A DNA stretch of 64,000 bases from Eledone cirrhosa (GCA_964016885.1 OZ024740.1:172794001-172858000); one strand, 5' to 3'. Positions 16,910-32,209 are shown, counted from the first letter of the stretch. Numbers and translations are program-made. The notes: generated by a model from the letters alone, not told the origin.

Positions 16910-19598
16910 CTAATGGATACAATTCATACTACTAGAACCTTTAGGTTTATAATAAAAGTAAGAATTAGAAATAGCGTGGGGGCAAGAAGAGAATATCTCA
17001 GACTTTCTATTAAGTAAGGATTCGCTAGAGAAAATTATAGAGTGTGTCTCGAGGATACAGATATTACAAAATTTAGTATGTGTAGAAAGGTTATTAGAGC
17101 GTGCTACTAGACGCCAATTAAGGCTATATGGTATATTAGCCCCCTTAAGATCCCAGATATAGTGTGCTAAAGAAGTAGAATTCTTAAACTTAACATGTTT
17201 GAAATTAGAGATATGAGAATTAAACCTAGTCTTAAAAGTGTTAGATGTAGAGCCTATATAAGTTCTATTAGAGGAATTAGTTATAACTACGCAAGCATAG
17301 ACGATGTTCTTAGAGAGGCAGTTACCGTTTAAAGTGCAGTTAGCACTGACTCTACAGTTACACTTCCGGGTGCTATTGGTTGGCTGAAGTAGTGATGCAT
17401 TACACGTAGGATTGCTATTAGATAAGATCTGTTCTGGTGGTAAGGCATTTCCAGATCTATTCAGACTAGTAGTATGTAGAGAGGAGAATCCATCCCTAAT
17501 TTTCCTATTGTTAGTACTAGCTAAATGAGAACTAATATTAGGGGTGGTAGAGAATGAAAGTTTAATAACATTTTTATTAAAAATACTATGGTATTTATGA
17601 GAAGGGGGGAAATTTTTCTCTAAGATAGAAAAGAAAGACCTAGGGATATTAGTTAATACTTCCTGATTATATGGCGGGTTGAAATAAGTATTTAGTCTCC
17701 TTCTATTTTTATCCTTACCGACTCTACCATTATCTAATATCCCACTATTAAGACTAGGGTTACTACAAGGATTAGTTAAAACCGCATTATTAGAATCAGC
17801 CAAAATTCCATTAAGTCTCTTACTGTTTCTACCTCCAGTAGATCTGCTGTCGTCTAGAATCCCATCAAAAGGATTAGGGCCAATAATAGGATCAGTAGAA
17901 GCAACATTATTAGAATTAGATCTAGCAAAATTATCACCAATGAGTGAGCGCTCAGAGGGTTCGACTTGTTTCCTAGAGGTATTATATTCCCTATTACGAG
18001 TCCCGTGGGTTAACTTATGGATGGGTTCAGATACACCTATGTAATTTTTATGGTTATTATGCTTCCTACTCCCATTCATGGCCATGTTATGTGATATTAT
18101 GTTATTATTATTATAAGTAAGCAGAGACTTTCTAAGGTTACTATTATTATAATGTATTTTACTAGAGTAACCGGAATTTGCTAGGGCATTATTATAGTAC
18201 TCCGCATGTTCATTAAATGTTCCTACGTCCTTAGAGAGTGTGGAAATCCTATTAGATACACCCTTAATTACAGAGCTTATCATAGATTTGGGGTGGTTAG
18301 AATTGGGACTAAGATAAGAAAGTATTTCATTAGGCTTATGGAAGGGTTTAAAACTATTAGTGACCAAGTCCAAAGTCACATCTAAAAAGTTGACCGCTCT
18401 ATCGTTTCTATCTATCGTGATCGAAAGGTTATAGCTTTTAAAAAACTTATAAAGCTTCTTCTTATTATGCTCGACATTGTTGGTGCTAGAGTTAATTACA
18501 AACAATACATCATCACGATATAGTCCGCCTTTAAGGTGCGGAAAGGTAACATATAGTTCATTCAGGAGGAACAACCCAACAAGATCAGTTACCTGGGCCG
18601 AATCACTCGAACCCATTGTAACGTCGAAATTGTTGGGCGTGTTTTTACGGGTCCAAAATGTGTCCTCAAAATTAATAATAGTTCTACGGGCTGCTAGTAT
18701 AATATCTACCTGTGATCGTGTAAGGCTGGACACTCTCATGGCCAACATTAAAGCTTTATTGAGGAGGATGGGTGAAATTGATGTGTAGTAGGCATCAATA
18801 TCGAATTGGATAAACTTATTAGATTCAAGTTTATTAATCCCAGAGAACCAATCTATAACTTCCTTAGTGTTCCCCCATAGGTTAAAATTAACTTTATCAC
18901 TAACATCTGGTATAATAAGGTCAAGGATTTTTTTTACTGATTATGGTTATATCGGACTTAGAAGGACAGATGAGTCTATCAGAGGGGTTACTAATGAAAT
19001 CTACCTTATGATCCTTAAGAGTGAATCTCGGTTCTCGAGGGTAATATGGCTGGGTATACTTATCGAGGCCGAGGTCAGAGACTATTTTAAGACCCTCACT
19101 ATTGATGTGGTTCAAATTATCAAGCGTAGTTTTTTTATAATTTCTATGTAGCTCCTTATAAATAAAGTCACGGTAAGCACTGTAATCCATGGAGTATAGA
19201 TTCTTAGTCTTATCCGCCGGGACAAGAATGGACTTATTCTCACCAAAACCCTTAACAATATTTTTAAGTCTAGACTGGAACTTATCAAATTTATTATAAT
19301 TTCTATGTCCATTATTTGGCCTATACTTAATATTTTTGACAAGAGAGAGTAAGTCACTTTCAAAACTATCCAAGAGAACATTATGTGGTGGGCTCTTATA
19401 AGTTTTGAAGCCATAGTTATTAAAATTTGTTCTATTCCTGGGGTCCTTCCTATTCTTATTAGTATCATAGGGGAAAGCACGCCATCTAATACTTTTTACA
19501 AAGGAGTTAACACTAGCAATCAATAGTTTTTCGTAAGTATTCTTAGAGGGGGTGGGAATATTCTTCAGAGATAAAGGCAGGTAACTCTTTGTTAGCAT
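16910..19598 (-). CDS. PLE reverse transcriptase plus GIY-YIG endonuclease polyprotein; one +1 frameshift in an A8 run at ~18930
   Basis: [89 protein letters not shown]...C, IVY..YIGST..FKTRF..H, CNIC..E. Confidence 0.9.
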
Positions 19599-19683
19599 AC
19601 TGTCAGATATATATATATAAAGGCCAAAATACCAGTATATAGGAGGAAGCTCAACCAATCGGGAGCAGTGACAAAAAAAAAAA

Positions 19684-19773
<90 letters not shown>

Positions 19774-19786
19774 CATATATATATAT

Positions 19787-19841
<55 letters not shown>

Positions 19842-19928
19842 CATATATATATATACATACATATATATATATATATACACATACATATATATATATATAT
19901 ACACATACATATATATATATATATATAT

Positions 19929-20238
19929 ATTGTTATATTTGGGGAGGGTCATATTTGCGTAATATTGCCAGAATTAATAACAGAACACACTCACTGTTTG
20001 GTTGGTTTTCGCTTCTCGCTGTCTTTTATATCTGCGATCTAACTTACTCGGTCCTCAATGTTGCCATTGACTGACCGACGGTCAAAAATAATACAGATAC
20101 AATATAGACACAAACACATATATATAGTTTACATAATTTACATAAATCTTTCGTTGCACATCTGCAACATCGTCAGTGGTGTTATATTCATTGTTCCTCC
20201 TGTTGTGTTGTATGTCTACTCCATTTTATATACGCCGC

Positions 20239-20240
<2 letters not shown>
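19929..20240 (-). mobile_element. Family A PLE 3' UTR/pseudo-LTR fragment with HHR at 20141-20178; duplicate at 23315-23626 (HHR 23527-23564)
   Basis: Near-identical to 35587-35845; CA CTGACGA T GTTGCA GATG TGCAAC GAAA GATT TA TG. Confidence 0.85.
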
Positions 20241-20327
<87 letters not shown>

Positions 20328-20339
20328 CATACATATATC

Positions 20340-22663
20340 GTTTTTGAATTTGTTTAGCAAGATTCTTTATCTGAAAACGTGTGTTGAAACCGATATTGTT
20401 ATACTTTGGGAGGGTCATGTTGCCAATAAGAAACACACGCACCAATTGCTTTCACTTCAATTTATTATAATAAATTTATAAATTTAGGAATTTATAAATT
20501 TCCGGTTGGTTGGTTGGTTCCACAACCAGATAGTTGTTTATATATTGTCAAAGATCTTTCGTCACACATTCTGTGACCTCTTCAGTGACTGAGGGTTCTT
20601 TTCTTTGTTTTTTGTGCCTCTCCTTTGTTCTGTCCTATGCCATCTTGTTTTTGTGTGTCTGTTGTGTGCTTAGTTTGCGCATGTTTTCCATCCGGGTGTC
20701 TGTGTGCGTTTATATTCGTTTATTTATTTGTTTATTTACATGTTACTGGTAGGTTGTTTGTTCTATGTGCGTGTGTCTTTTCATTTTGTCCTTAATTGTA
20801 AGTTGTAATGTTGCTGTTCCACTCATGTTTTCTATTTAATTTTGGTTGTAATTCATTTATGTTTATTGCCTATGTGATTTGTCTAAACATTGCGTCTTTT
20901 CTGCGTGTAGATTCTATTTTTATTTCTATGTTCTCTAATTTACCCTTATGTTCTATTTTAGCATGTTGGTAAAGTACAGATGATTCTTTACTATCTTGAA
21001 GGTCTCGCCAGTGCTCATTTATCCATTCCCTTATACTACGAGCTGTCTCACCTATGTACACTATATTTTTATCTCTACATTGTCCTTCAGTTCATTTTAT
21101 GCTATATACTACATTTCTAGTTTTACAGTTAATATGGGGGCTTAATTTACAGATTATACATTTCTAATCTATACAGGGAGGTCTTTGAAAAGGGTATGTC
21201 TTGCTAATAAGATTTTTTATGGAGGTACCTGGTCTTTCTACTATCTTAATATTGAGTTGATGTTTATCTAGGGCCCTTCTAAATTTATATGCTAATTCAC
21301 CTCTAGGGGTTGTATCGATGAACATTACACTCTGGTATTTATTGCTATCATACCATGAGTTTATTCTATTAACCTTATTCCTAGTTCTTTCTAGTCTATT
21401 CCAAATTTTGCTCCTATACAAGGAGCAGATCCCATTTGTGTCATTATTTACCATTTTTTCCCATTTGGTTCTGGCTCTTCTATACACTCTGATTTTATCT
21501 CTCTGATTGTAACCAGAGAACTGCATACGGTGGATGAAGTGTTGTATGTGTCTCTCTAGTTCTTCGGGGTTGCACATGCGGGACACGTTTCTCATCACCC
21601 GTATCAAATCCGCAATCAGTATGTTGATTTTGGTATTGTTCGAAACAGCTGAGTTTCGGTGGATCAGATGTTTGGAAGTCATGGGTTTTTGGCATAATGG
21701 GAATGGAGGATTTGTTTTTTGTTATTAATGGTATCTAACCAGAGCTCTGTGTCTAGTACAGGTAATCGATGGTTGGGGTGTTTGCTTGGGTAGTCTATAG
21801 TAACTCTAATACTCTGGTGGATGGAGTTAGCTATTTGCTGGATGCTTTCCATCGTGTTTTTCTCTAGTTCCTGACTGTTCTCTAGTGGGGGTGTCTTAAC
21901 TACGATGTTTATATCATCAACGTAGCGGGAGTACATTATCAGGGTTAAGGAGTCTTCTAATTATTCTTTAAGTTTAAGTTTAAGTTTATTGTCCCACCAT
22001 ACCATGAATAGGTTAGCTATGTCACCTGCAATACTAACGCCAATGGCTGCTCCCTCCTCTTGGGCATAGGTTTTTCCATTAAATTTGAACATATGTTCCT
22101 TAAGGGTTAATTTTATTCTGGCCCCCACCGCATGTGCAATCATTTTCTTTAGTTCATCGTGGTTTTCGGGGGTCCGTATGGCTCTGGTCCACCCGTTCCA
22201 TCTATCTGTGTGGGTTTTCTAGGCCATTGAGGTAATGGTAGGTGGTCTGACTCTTGCTGGTCTTGTAGGGCACAGGTTGCTAAGGTCATATGTGTCTAGG
22301 TAATTATTACTATAGGTAAGTTTAAATAGGAGTTTCAGCTCACTGGTATCAATCCCATGGAATTCAACATTGCTCTCTCTGATCATTTCTACGCATTTCT
22401 CCACAGCAAAATCCAAGTTTATAGATGGATTCAGGGACACAACATCCATACTACCTATTATGCAGTTTGTTAGGTCCCTAGATCGGTTACTCTCACCGAT
22501 TCTGTTGAGAAGGTCGAACGTGCTGTCACATACATCTGGGGACATTTCAATGATCGGGCGTTTATAAATTCCTAAATTTATAAATTTATTATAATAAATT
22601 GAAGTGAAAGCAACTGGTGCGTGTGTTTCTTATTGGCAACATGACCCTCCCAAAGTATAACAA
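20340..22663 (-). mobile_element. Penelope-like element (Naiad-like, family B), 5'-truncated, pseudogenised, with inverted terminal repeat
   Basis: [48 protein letters not shown]; stops and frameshifts; 22561-22663 is an inverted copy of ~20394-20498. Confidence 0.9.
20547..20589 (-). ncRNA. Minimal hammerhead ribozyme (family B); duplicate at 23933-23975
   Basis: GTCA CTGAAGA G GTCAC AGAATGT GTGAC GAAA GATC TT TGAC; palindromic AGATCT stem III. Confidence 0.75.
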
Positions 22664-23027
22664 TACATACATATACATATATATATACATACACATCTAT
22701 ATATACATACACATATATATATACATACATATACATATACATACATATACATATACATATATATATATATATATACATACATATATATATAGATACATAT
22801 ACATATATATATACATACATATACATATATATAAACATACATATACATATATATATATACATACATATATATATGTACATACATAGACATATATATATAC
22901 ATACATATACATATATATATACATACATATACATATATATATATACATACATATATACATACATACATATATATATACATACATATATATATACATACAT
23001 ATATATATATATATACATACATATACA

Positions 23028-23059
<32 letters not shown>

Positions 23060-23160
23060 CATACATATATATATATATTTACACATACATAAATATATAT
23101 ACACATACATATATATATATACACATACATATATATAAATACACATACATATATATATAT

Positions 23161-23227
<67 letters not shown>

Positions 23228-23624
23228 CATATATATATATACATACATATATATATATATATACACATACATATATATATATATATACACATACATATAT
23301 ATATATATATATATATTGTTATATTTGGGGAGGGTCATATTTGCGTAATATTGCCAGAATTAATAACAGAACACACTCACTGTTTGGTTGGTTTTCGCTT
23401 CTCGCTGTCTTTTATATCTGCGATCTAACTTACTCGGTCCTCAATGTTGCCATTGACTGACCGACGGTCAAAAATAATACAGATACAATATAGACACAAA
23501 CACATATATATAGTTTACATAATTTACATAAATCTTTCGTTGCACATCTGCAACATCGTCAGTGGTGTTATATTCATTGTTCCTCCTGTTGTGTTGTATG
23601 TCTACTCCATTTTATATACGCCGC

Positions 23625-23713
<89 letters not shown>

Positions 23714-23725
23714 CATACATATATC

Positions 23726-26049
23726 GTTTTTGAATTTGTTTAGCAAGATTCTTTATCTGAAAACGTGTGTTGAAACCGATATTGTTATACTTTGGGAGGG
23801 TCATGTTGCCAATAAGAAACACACGCACCAATTGCTTTCACTTCAATTTATTATAATAAATTTATAAATTTAGGAATTTATAAATTTCCGGTTGGTTGGT
23901 TGGTTCCACAACCAGATAGTTGTTTATATATTGTCAAAGATCTTTCGTCACACATTCTGTGACCTCTTCAGTGACTGAGGGTTCTTTTCTTTGTTTTTTG
24001 TGCCTCTCCTTTGTTCTGTCCTATGCCATCTTGTTTTTGTGTGTCTGTTGTGTGCTTAGTTTGCGCATGTTTTCCATCCGGGTGTCTGTGTGCGTTTATA
24101 TTCGTTTATTTATTTGTTTATTTACATGTTACTGGTAGGTTGTTTGTTCTATGTGCGTGTGTCTTTTCATTTTGTCCTTAATTGTAAGTTGTAATGTTGC
24201 TGTTCCACTCATGTTTTCTATTTAATTTTGGTTGTAATTCATTTATGTTTATTGCCTATGTGATTTGTCTAAACATTGCGTCTTTTCTGCGTGTAGATTC
24301 TATTTTTATTTCTATGTTCTCTAATTTACCCTTATGTTCTATTTTAGCATGTTGGTAAAGTACAGATGATTCTTTACTATCTTGAAGGTCTCGCCAGTGC
24401 TCATTTATCCATTCCCTTATACTACGAGCTGTCTCACCTATGTACACTATATTTTTATCTCTACATTGTCCTTCAGTTCATTTTATGCTATATACTACAT
24501 TTCTAGTTTTACAGTTAATATGGGGGCTTAATTTACAGATTATACATTTCTAATCTATACAGGGAGGTCTTTGAAAAGGGTATGTCTTGCTAATAAGATT
24601 TTTTATGGAGGTACCTGGTCTTTCTACTATCTTAATATTGAGTTGATGTTTATCTAGGGCCCTTCTAAATTTATATGCTAATTCACCTCTAGGGGTTGTA
24701 TCGATGAACATTACACTCTGGTATTTATTGCTATCATACCATGAGTTTATTCTATTAACCTTATTCCTAGTTCTTTCTAGTCTATTCCAAATTTTGCTCC
24801 TATACGAGGAGCAGATCCCATTTGTGTCATTATTTACCATTCTTTCCCATTTGGTTCTGGCTCTTCTATACACTCTGATTTTATCTCTCTGATTGTAACC
24901 AGAGAACTGCATACGGTGGATGAAGTGTTGTATGTGTCTCTCTAGTTCTTCGGGGTTGCACATGCGGGACACGTTTCTCATCACCCGTATCAAATCCGCA
25001 ATCAGTATGTTGATTTTGGTATTGTTCGAAACAGCTGAGTTTCGGTGGATCAGATGTTTGGAAGTCATGGGTTTTTGGCATAATGGGAATGGAGGATTTG
25101 TTTTTTGTTATTAATGGTATCTAACCAGAGCTCTGTGTCTAGTACAGGTAATCGATGGTTGGGGTGTTTGCTAGGGTAGTCTATAGTAACTCTAATACTC
25201 TGGTGGATGGAGTTAGCTATTTGCTGGATGCTTTCCATCGTGTTTTTCTCTAGTTCCTGACTGTTCTCTAGTGGGGGTGTCTTAACTACGATGTTTATAT
25301 CATCAACGTAGCGGGAGTACATTATCAGGGTTAAGGAGTCTTCTAATTATTCTTTAAGTTTAAGTTTAAGTTTATTGTCCCACCATACCATGAATAGGTT
25401 AGCTATGTCACCTGCAATACTAACGCCAATGGCTGCTCCCTCCTCTTGGGCATAGGTTTTTCCATTAAATTTGAACATATGTTCCTTAAGGGTTAATTTT
25501 ATTCTGGCCCCCACCGCATGTGCAATCATTTTCTTTAGTTCATCGTGGTTTTCGGGGGTCCGTATGGCTCTGGTCCACCCGTTCCATCTATCTGTGTGGG
25601 TTTTCTAGGCCATTGAGGTAATGGTAGGTGGTCTGACTCTTGCTGGTCTTGTAGGGCACAGGTTGCTAAGGTCATATGTGTCTAGGTAATTATTACTATA
25701 GGTAAGTTTAAATAGGAGTTTCAGCTCACTGGTATCAATCCCATGGAATTCAACATTGCTCTCTCTGATCATTTCTACGCATTTCTCCACAGCAAAATCC
25801 AAGTTTATAGATGGATTCAGGGACACAACATCCATACTACCTATTATGCAGTTTGTTAGGTCCCTAGATCGGTTACTCTCACCGATTCTGTTGAGAAGGT
25901 CGAACGTGCTGTCACATACATCTGGGGACATTTCAATGATCGGGCGTTTATAAATTCCTAAATTTATAAATTTATTATAATAAATTGAAGTGAAAGCAAC
26001 TGGTGCGTGTGTTTCTTATTGGCAACATGACCCTCCCAAAGTATAACAA
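23726..26049 (-). mobile_element. Duplicate copy of the family B PLE
   Basis: Same ORF fragments as 20340-22663, shifted by 3386. Confidence 0.9.
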
Positions 26050-26413
26050 TACATACATATACATATATATATACATACACATCTATATATACATACACAT
26101 ATATATATACATACATATACATATACATACATATACATATACATATATATATATATATATACATACATATATATATAGATACATATACATATATATATAC
26201 ATACATATACATATATATAAACATACATATACATATATATATATACATACATATATATATGTACATACATAGACATATATATATACATACATATACATAT
26301 ATATATACATACATATACATATATATATATACATACATATATACATACATACATATATATATACATACATATATATATACATACATATATATATATATAT
26401 ACATACATATACA

Positions 26414-26445
<32 letters not shown>

Positions 26446-26903
26446 CATACATATATATATATATTTACACATACATAAATATATATACACATACATATAT
26501 ATATATACACATACATATATATAAATACACATACATATATATATATACACATACATATATATATATATATATACATACATATATATATATACACATACAT
26601 ATATATATATACAAACATATATATATACATACATATCTATATATATATACATACATATATATATGTACACATACATATATATATACATATATATATATAT
26701 ATATGCATACATATATATATACATATACATACATATATATATATGCATACATATATATATACATATACATACATATATATATATACATACATATATATAT
26801 ATACATATATATACATACATATATATATATACATACATATATGTATACATATATATATATATATATATATACATACATATATATATATATATACATATAT
26901 ATA

Positions 26904-26937
<34 letters not shown>

Positions 26938-27027
26938 TATACATACATATATATATACATACATATATGTATACATATATATATATATATATATACATAC
27001 ATATATATATATATATACATATATATA

Positions 27028-27061
<34 letters not shown>

Positions 27062-27204
27062 TATACATACATATATATATACATACATATATGTATACAT
27101 ATATATATATATACATACATATATATATATATATATACAAACATATATATATATATATATACATATATATACACATATATATATACATATATATATATAC
27201 ATAC

Positions 27205-27235
<31 letters not shown>

Positions 27236-27238
27236 CAC

Positions 27239-27269
<31 letters not shown>

Positions 27270-27270
<1 letters not shown>

Positions 27271-27829
27271 GGTGGCTGCCAACTCGTTTTCGAGTACGGC
27301 CACTACTTTATATCCATGTAGGAGAACCCCTACCGATGCGCTGAACGAGTGGGACTTTTTAGTCCAGCCAGCGACTTGAAAACTCTGGTACAGACACTAC
27401 ACTTGTGACAATTATTGACACATAGTGCTGGGCCCATGGTACCATGTGACGACAAGTGCAGAGAGATCTCCAGATATAAAGCAATGCCTGTGCCGTGAAG
27501 CTTTTATAGTGAGCAAAGGCACTGCACAAAGCCAGTCCCACTCTCTTAACCAAGATGATATTTACCAAAAAGAAGAACAAGTCAACATCATTGGATATCA
27601 TCAGGGTTGCAGGTGTTATATCAAAGTTTTCCTTCTCCTAGAATTCTGCCTTGACAAAGGCTAAGGGGTCATCTCTCCCGGTGATTTTGGATGGCCATTG
27701 ACTCTTACGAGCTCCTTTGCCCTTTGACAGGTTTTGTTTTTAGTCCTGCAGGATGTCCAAAGTCACCCTCCTCACCAAGAAACCTTGGTGGGGTTGCCAG
27801 TTTAGTCGCCAACGACCCGACCATGAGAC
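27270..27829 (-). mobile_element. Non-autonomous RTE-related element copy
   Basis: Near-identical to 9540-10100. Confidence 0.8.
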
Positions 27830-27859
27830 ATATATATATATACATACATATATACATAC

Positions 27860-27894
<35 letters not shown>

Positions 27895-28147
27895 CATATA
27901 TATACACATATATATACATATATATATACATACATGTATACAGACATATATGTATACATACATATATATATATACATATATATATATACATATATATACA
28001 TATATATATATACATATATACATACATATATATATACACATACATATATATATATACATACATATATATATACATACATATCTATATATATATACATACA
28101 TATATATATATACACATACATATATATATACATACATATATGTATAC

Positions 28148-28186
<39 letters not shown>

Positions 28187-28227
28187 CATATATATACACA
28201 AATATATATACATATATATATACATAC

Positions 28228-28260
<33 letters not shown>

Positions 28261-28263
28261 CAC

Positions 28264-28294
<31 letters not shown>

Positions 28295-28311
28295 CATACA
28301 TATATACATAC

Positions 28312-28358
<47 letters not shown>

Positions 28359-28415
28359 CACATATATATACATATATATATACATACATGTATACAGACA
28401 TATATGTATACATAC

Positions 28416-28448
<33 letters not shown>

Positions 28449-28604
28449 CATATATATACATACATATATACATACATATATGTATACATACATATATGTA
28501 TACATACATATATGTATACATACACATATATATATACATATATATATATACATACATATATGTATCTATCTAATCTAAGGCGGGTAAAATTCCCGAGATC
28601 CATG

Positions 28605-30465
28605 GACGAGTTCTCTAACAGTGGTCTCTGTCCCTCATTATCGCTGCCATGTCCTGCGTCTCCAACAGACCAGTGTCTGTCCTTAGGGCATCAACATACG
28701 TTAACCTTGGTCTTCCTCTTCTAGTGTGTCCATGTAGGGGCTCCCAAAGGAGCACTGAGGGCAATGTCAACTCTGGATGTCGGTGAGCATGTCCAGCCAA
28801 CCTCAGTCTCCTCTGGGTCACTTTTGAGCTGACTTTTGGGATGCTCCCATACAGCTCTGAGTTTTTCAGTTCAGTGTATACTGATTAATGTTCAGAGCCA
28901 TCCTCAGTATTCTCGTGTAGCACCCATCCACCATCTGAGTGAGTTTCTTGGTCAGTGTCCAAGTCTCAGACCCATACAGCAGTACAGACTCCACTACAGC
29001 AATGAAGAGGCGGATTTTCAGATCTCTACGAAGGTCCGACTTCCACACCGATCTCAACCACATCATCTTCCGTATTCCCAATCTTTGCTCCCAAATACAG
29101 GAAGCTCTCAACCAATTCTAGCGGCTTCTCGCCTACATTAGTGATCCCCTCTATCTTCTCAACATTCTCTACCAGATATTTGTTTTAGTCTCATTCATTG
29201 TCAGCCCCACACACATCGACACAGTCTCAACCTCCCGCATCAAATCCTCTGCCTCCTTCACTGTATTTGTCACCAAAACTATGTCGTCGGCAAATTCAGC
29301 ATCCGATACCTTTTTCGCCCTAACTCTCCTGCTGTGAGCCGTTGCCACAGTAAAGCCAGAGTCCTGGTGTTTCTCCAGTGCAAGGCGCATACAATAGTCC
29401 ACTACGATGATAAAAAGGTAGGGAGCCAATGTATCTCCCTGGAGCACTCCAGCCAGTATCTCAAAGGACTCTGTCATCCCATCAGGTGTAATGACTTGGG
29501 CTTTGGTGTTGGTGTAGAGCAGTGATATCAGGTCCACTATCTTCTTGGGGATTCAATAAGCCTGTAAGATCTTCATCAGGCAGTAACGGTCCACAGAATC
29601 AAAGGTCTTCCTAAAGTCAATGAAAACCATGACCGCAGGAAGGCACTTTGCTCTAGCTCCCTCTAATATCCTCCTCAGCATCAGGATGTGACTGGTGGTT
29701 GATCTATCCTCTCTGAAGCCGTTCTGGTTATCCCTGAGCTTCTTCTCCATCTCAGGCTGGATCCTGTTAAGAATCATCCTGTTGAGGTTCTTTGCCACAA
29801 GTGACGTCAGTGAGATCCCCCTGTAGTTGTTGGTGTTAGAGAGATCTCCCTTCTTTGGCACTGGGACGATGTTACTGATCCTCCACTGATTCGGGGCAAC
29901 TCCTCTCTCCAGTGCCCCGTTACAGAACCCCCAGGATGATATCATCAAAATCACACCTCTTCATCACCTCTGATGCCACTCCATCTTCTCCATGAGCCTT
30001 GCCCTCCTTGATCCTCTTCTTGGCTCTCTGAAGCTCCTTTTTGGTGACGGGCTCTGTCTCAACATCCAGTTCCTCAAACAGCCGCCTGATCTCCCCAGTG
30101 CTCTGGGCTGTGGAGGGTGGCTCTCCTAGTAGGGTTCTAAAATGGTTTAGCCATTTCCTCTTCCTATCCTCGGGCCCCGTTCCCTGGATCTGACTCGAAC
30201 ACCTTCTCTTCCTCCCCTGTGATCTCGTTGATTATCATCCAGCTCTCTTACATCCAGATCTGTCAACCGCTCTCTCCACACTTCTGATCTTCTCTATCAG
30301 TGCCTCCTCTCTGACCTCAGTGTAAGCGGTACAGAGCTCTTCCCTCATCACCTCCACAGTCTCCATCCTCTCCTCCGTAGGATCAGCATAGAATTGGTCT
30401 TTGGCAGCTTTCAGGTGTTCTCTGGCTGCACACACTTTTGGGTTTGCAGAGCTGACGTGCTTCCT
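28605..30465 (-). pseudogene. RTE-clade LINE reverse transcriptase fragment, frameshifted
   Basis: PVPKKGDLS..NNYRGISL, QNGFR..RST, FIDFRKTFDSV, GVLQGDTLAPYLF, EFADDI, LLYGSETWTL, RRLRLAGH...RGRP. Confidence 0.9.
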
Positions 30466-30965
30466 ATGTTAATTCACTGAGGTCCAGTTCCTCAGTGAAT
30501 TAACAACCCAACAAGGAACTGGGCATATCAGAATATTGACAATATTATACACCTAAACAACATATGTACTTGTCCTATACCATACTAATTCAAACTGCCT
30601 CAAGAGGTCACAGCCAAAGATGGCTGTCACTGAAATATATATAGCAGTAATAAACGAAGCTAAATTTTAATCATTTGACTTTTATTTAACTTTATATACA
30701 CACATATATAATATATACATATATATATATAATACTTATATACATATACATACATATATACATATACATACATATATACATATACATACATATATATATA
30801 GACATATATATTTATATATACATACATAAATATATATACATTATTATATATATACATAATATATATATATAATATATATAAAATATATATATATACATAT
30901 ATATTATATATACATACATATATATATATACATATATATATATACATATATATATATTACATATA

Positions 30966-31000
<35 letters not shown>

Positions 31001-31084
31001 CATACATATATATATACATACATAATTTATATATAAACAATACATATAAATATATACATATATATATATACATATATATATTAC

Positions 31085-31133
<49 letters not shown>

Positions 31134-31135
31134 CT

Positions 31136-31185
<50 letters not shown>

Positions 31186-31248
31186 CATATATATATATAC
31201 ATCATATATATATACATGCATACATATATATATATACATACATATATG

Positions 31249-31281
<33 letters not shown>

Positions 31282-31354
31282 GTATATATATATACATATA
31301 TATGTATATATGTATATATATATTTATATATATATATATATGTATGTATATATA

Positions 31355-32073
31355 TAATAAAATATAGAGAAAAATACTGCAGGTAGCACATGGATAACAT
31401 GTAATAAAATGAGTCCCTCATCAGTGATTTGCCGACGATCATAGATATTTCATTGCATTAAAAATCATATACCTCACGTCGGTGCAATAATAACCAAAAT
31501 AAGTTATTAGGACAATTGAAACGCGTAAAGCGAGTGAGACAGGAGAACAACAAAAAGTATAGCTAACCGTAGGGGGAAGAAACAAGCTTCAAAAATTATT
31601 CTGTTTAGCATAAGCTAGGTGAATATATGAGCGCTTTTAGAACAGACCCGACACGAGCGATGGTTATGTGAGGAGAGAGAAAAATAGCCTTCTTGGTGTA
31701 CAGGATGAAATGAAGAGAAGAGAAGAGAAACAGTGAGTGAGTGAAAGTGTGAGGAAGAGTTAACTGACATGACAGAGGGGGAGAAACAGAGAGAATGGGG
31801 GAACAGTAAGAGAGAGAGAGAAAAAAACACAGAATCGCAGTGGTAAATATATGTAATAAAATATAGAGAAAAATACTGCAGGTAGCACATGGATAACATG
31901 TAATTAAATGAGTCCCTCATCAGTGATTTGCCGACGATCATAGATATTTCATTGCATTAAAAATCATATACCTCACGTCGGTGCAATAATAACCAAAATA
32001 AGTTATTAGGACAATGGAAACGCGTAAAGCCTGTCTCACTCGCTTTACGCGTTTCAATTGTCCTAATAACTTA
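31355..32073. mobile_element. Non-coding 1.35-mer element (period 499) with a short inverted terminal copy
   Basis: 31355-31531 is repeated at 31854-32030; 32030-32073 is the reverse complement of ~31500-31543; related fragment at ~48090-48175. Confidence 0.85.
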
Positions 32074-32174
32074 TACATATATACATATATATATATACAT
32101 ATATATATATATACATATATATATATACACACATATATATATACATATATATATATACACACATATATATATAC

Positions 32175-32209
<35 letters not shown>

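Larger units (their letters stand above)
15010..19670 (-). mobile_element. Near full-length Penelope-like element (Hydra-clade-like) with long AT-rich 3' region
   Basis: Coding region 19598-16910; same-strand HHR plus AATAAA near 15150; (TA)n on both sides. Assigning 15010-16909 as its 3' UTR is inference. Confidence 0.75.
19790..26570. repeat. Recent tandem duplication, period 3,386 bp
   Basis: ORF pairs offset by exactly 3386 (20058/23444, 21164/24550, 22219/25605); only a few SNPs seen (e.g. 21420 A vs 24806 G). Confidence 0.95.

Noticed and set aside
31410-31530. Hammerhead in the 499-nt element (CTGATGA on minus; CCGACGA...GAAACGCGTA on plus)
   Set aside because: I could not build stems I and II on either strand.
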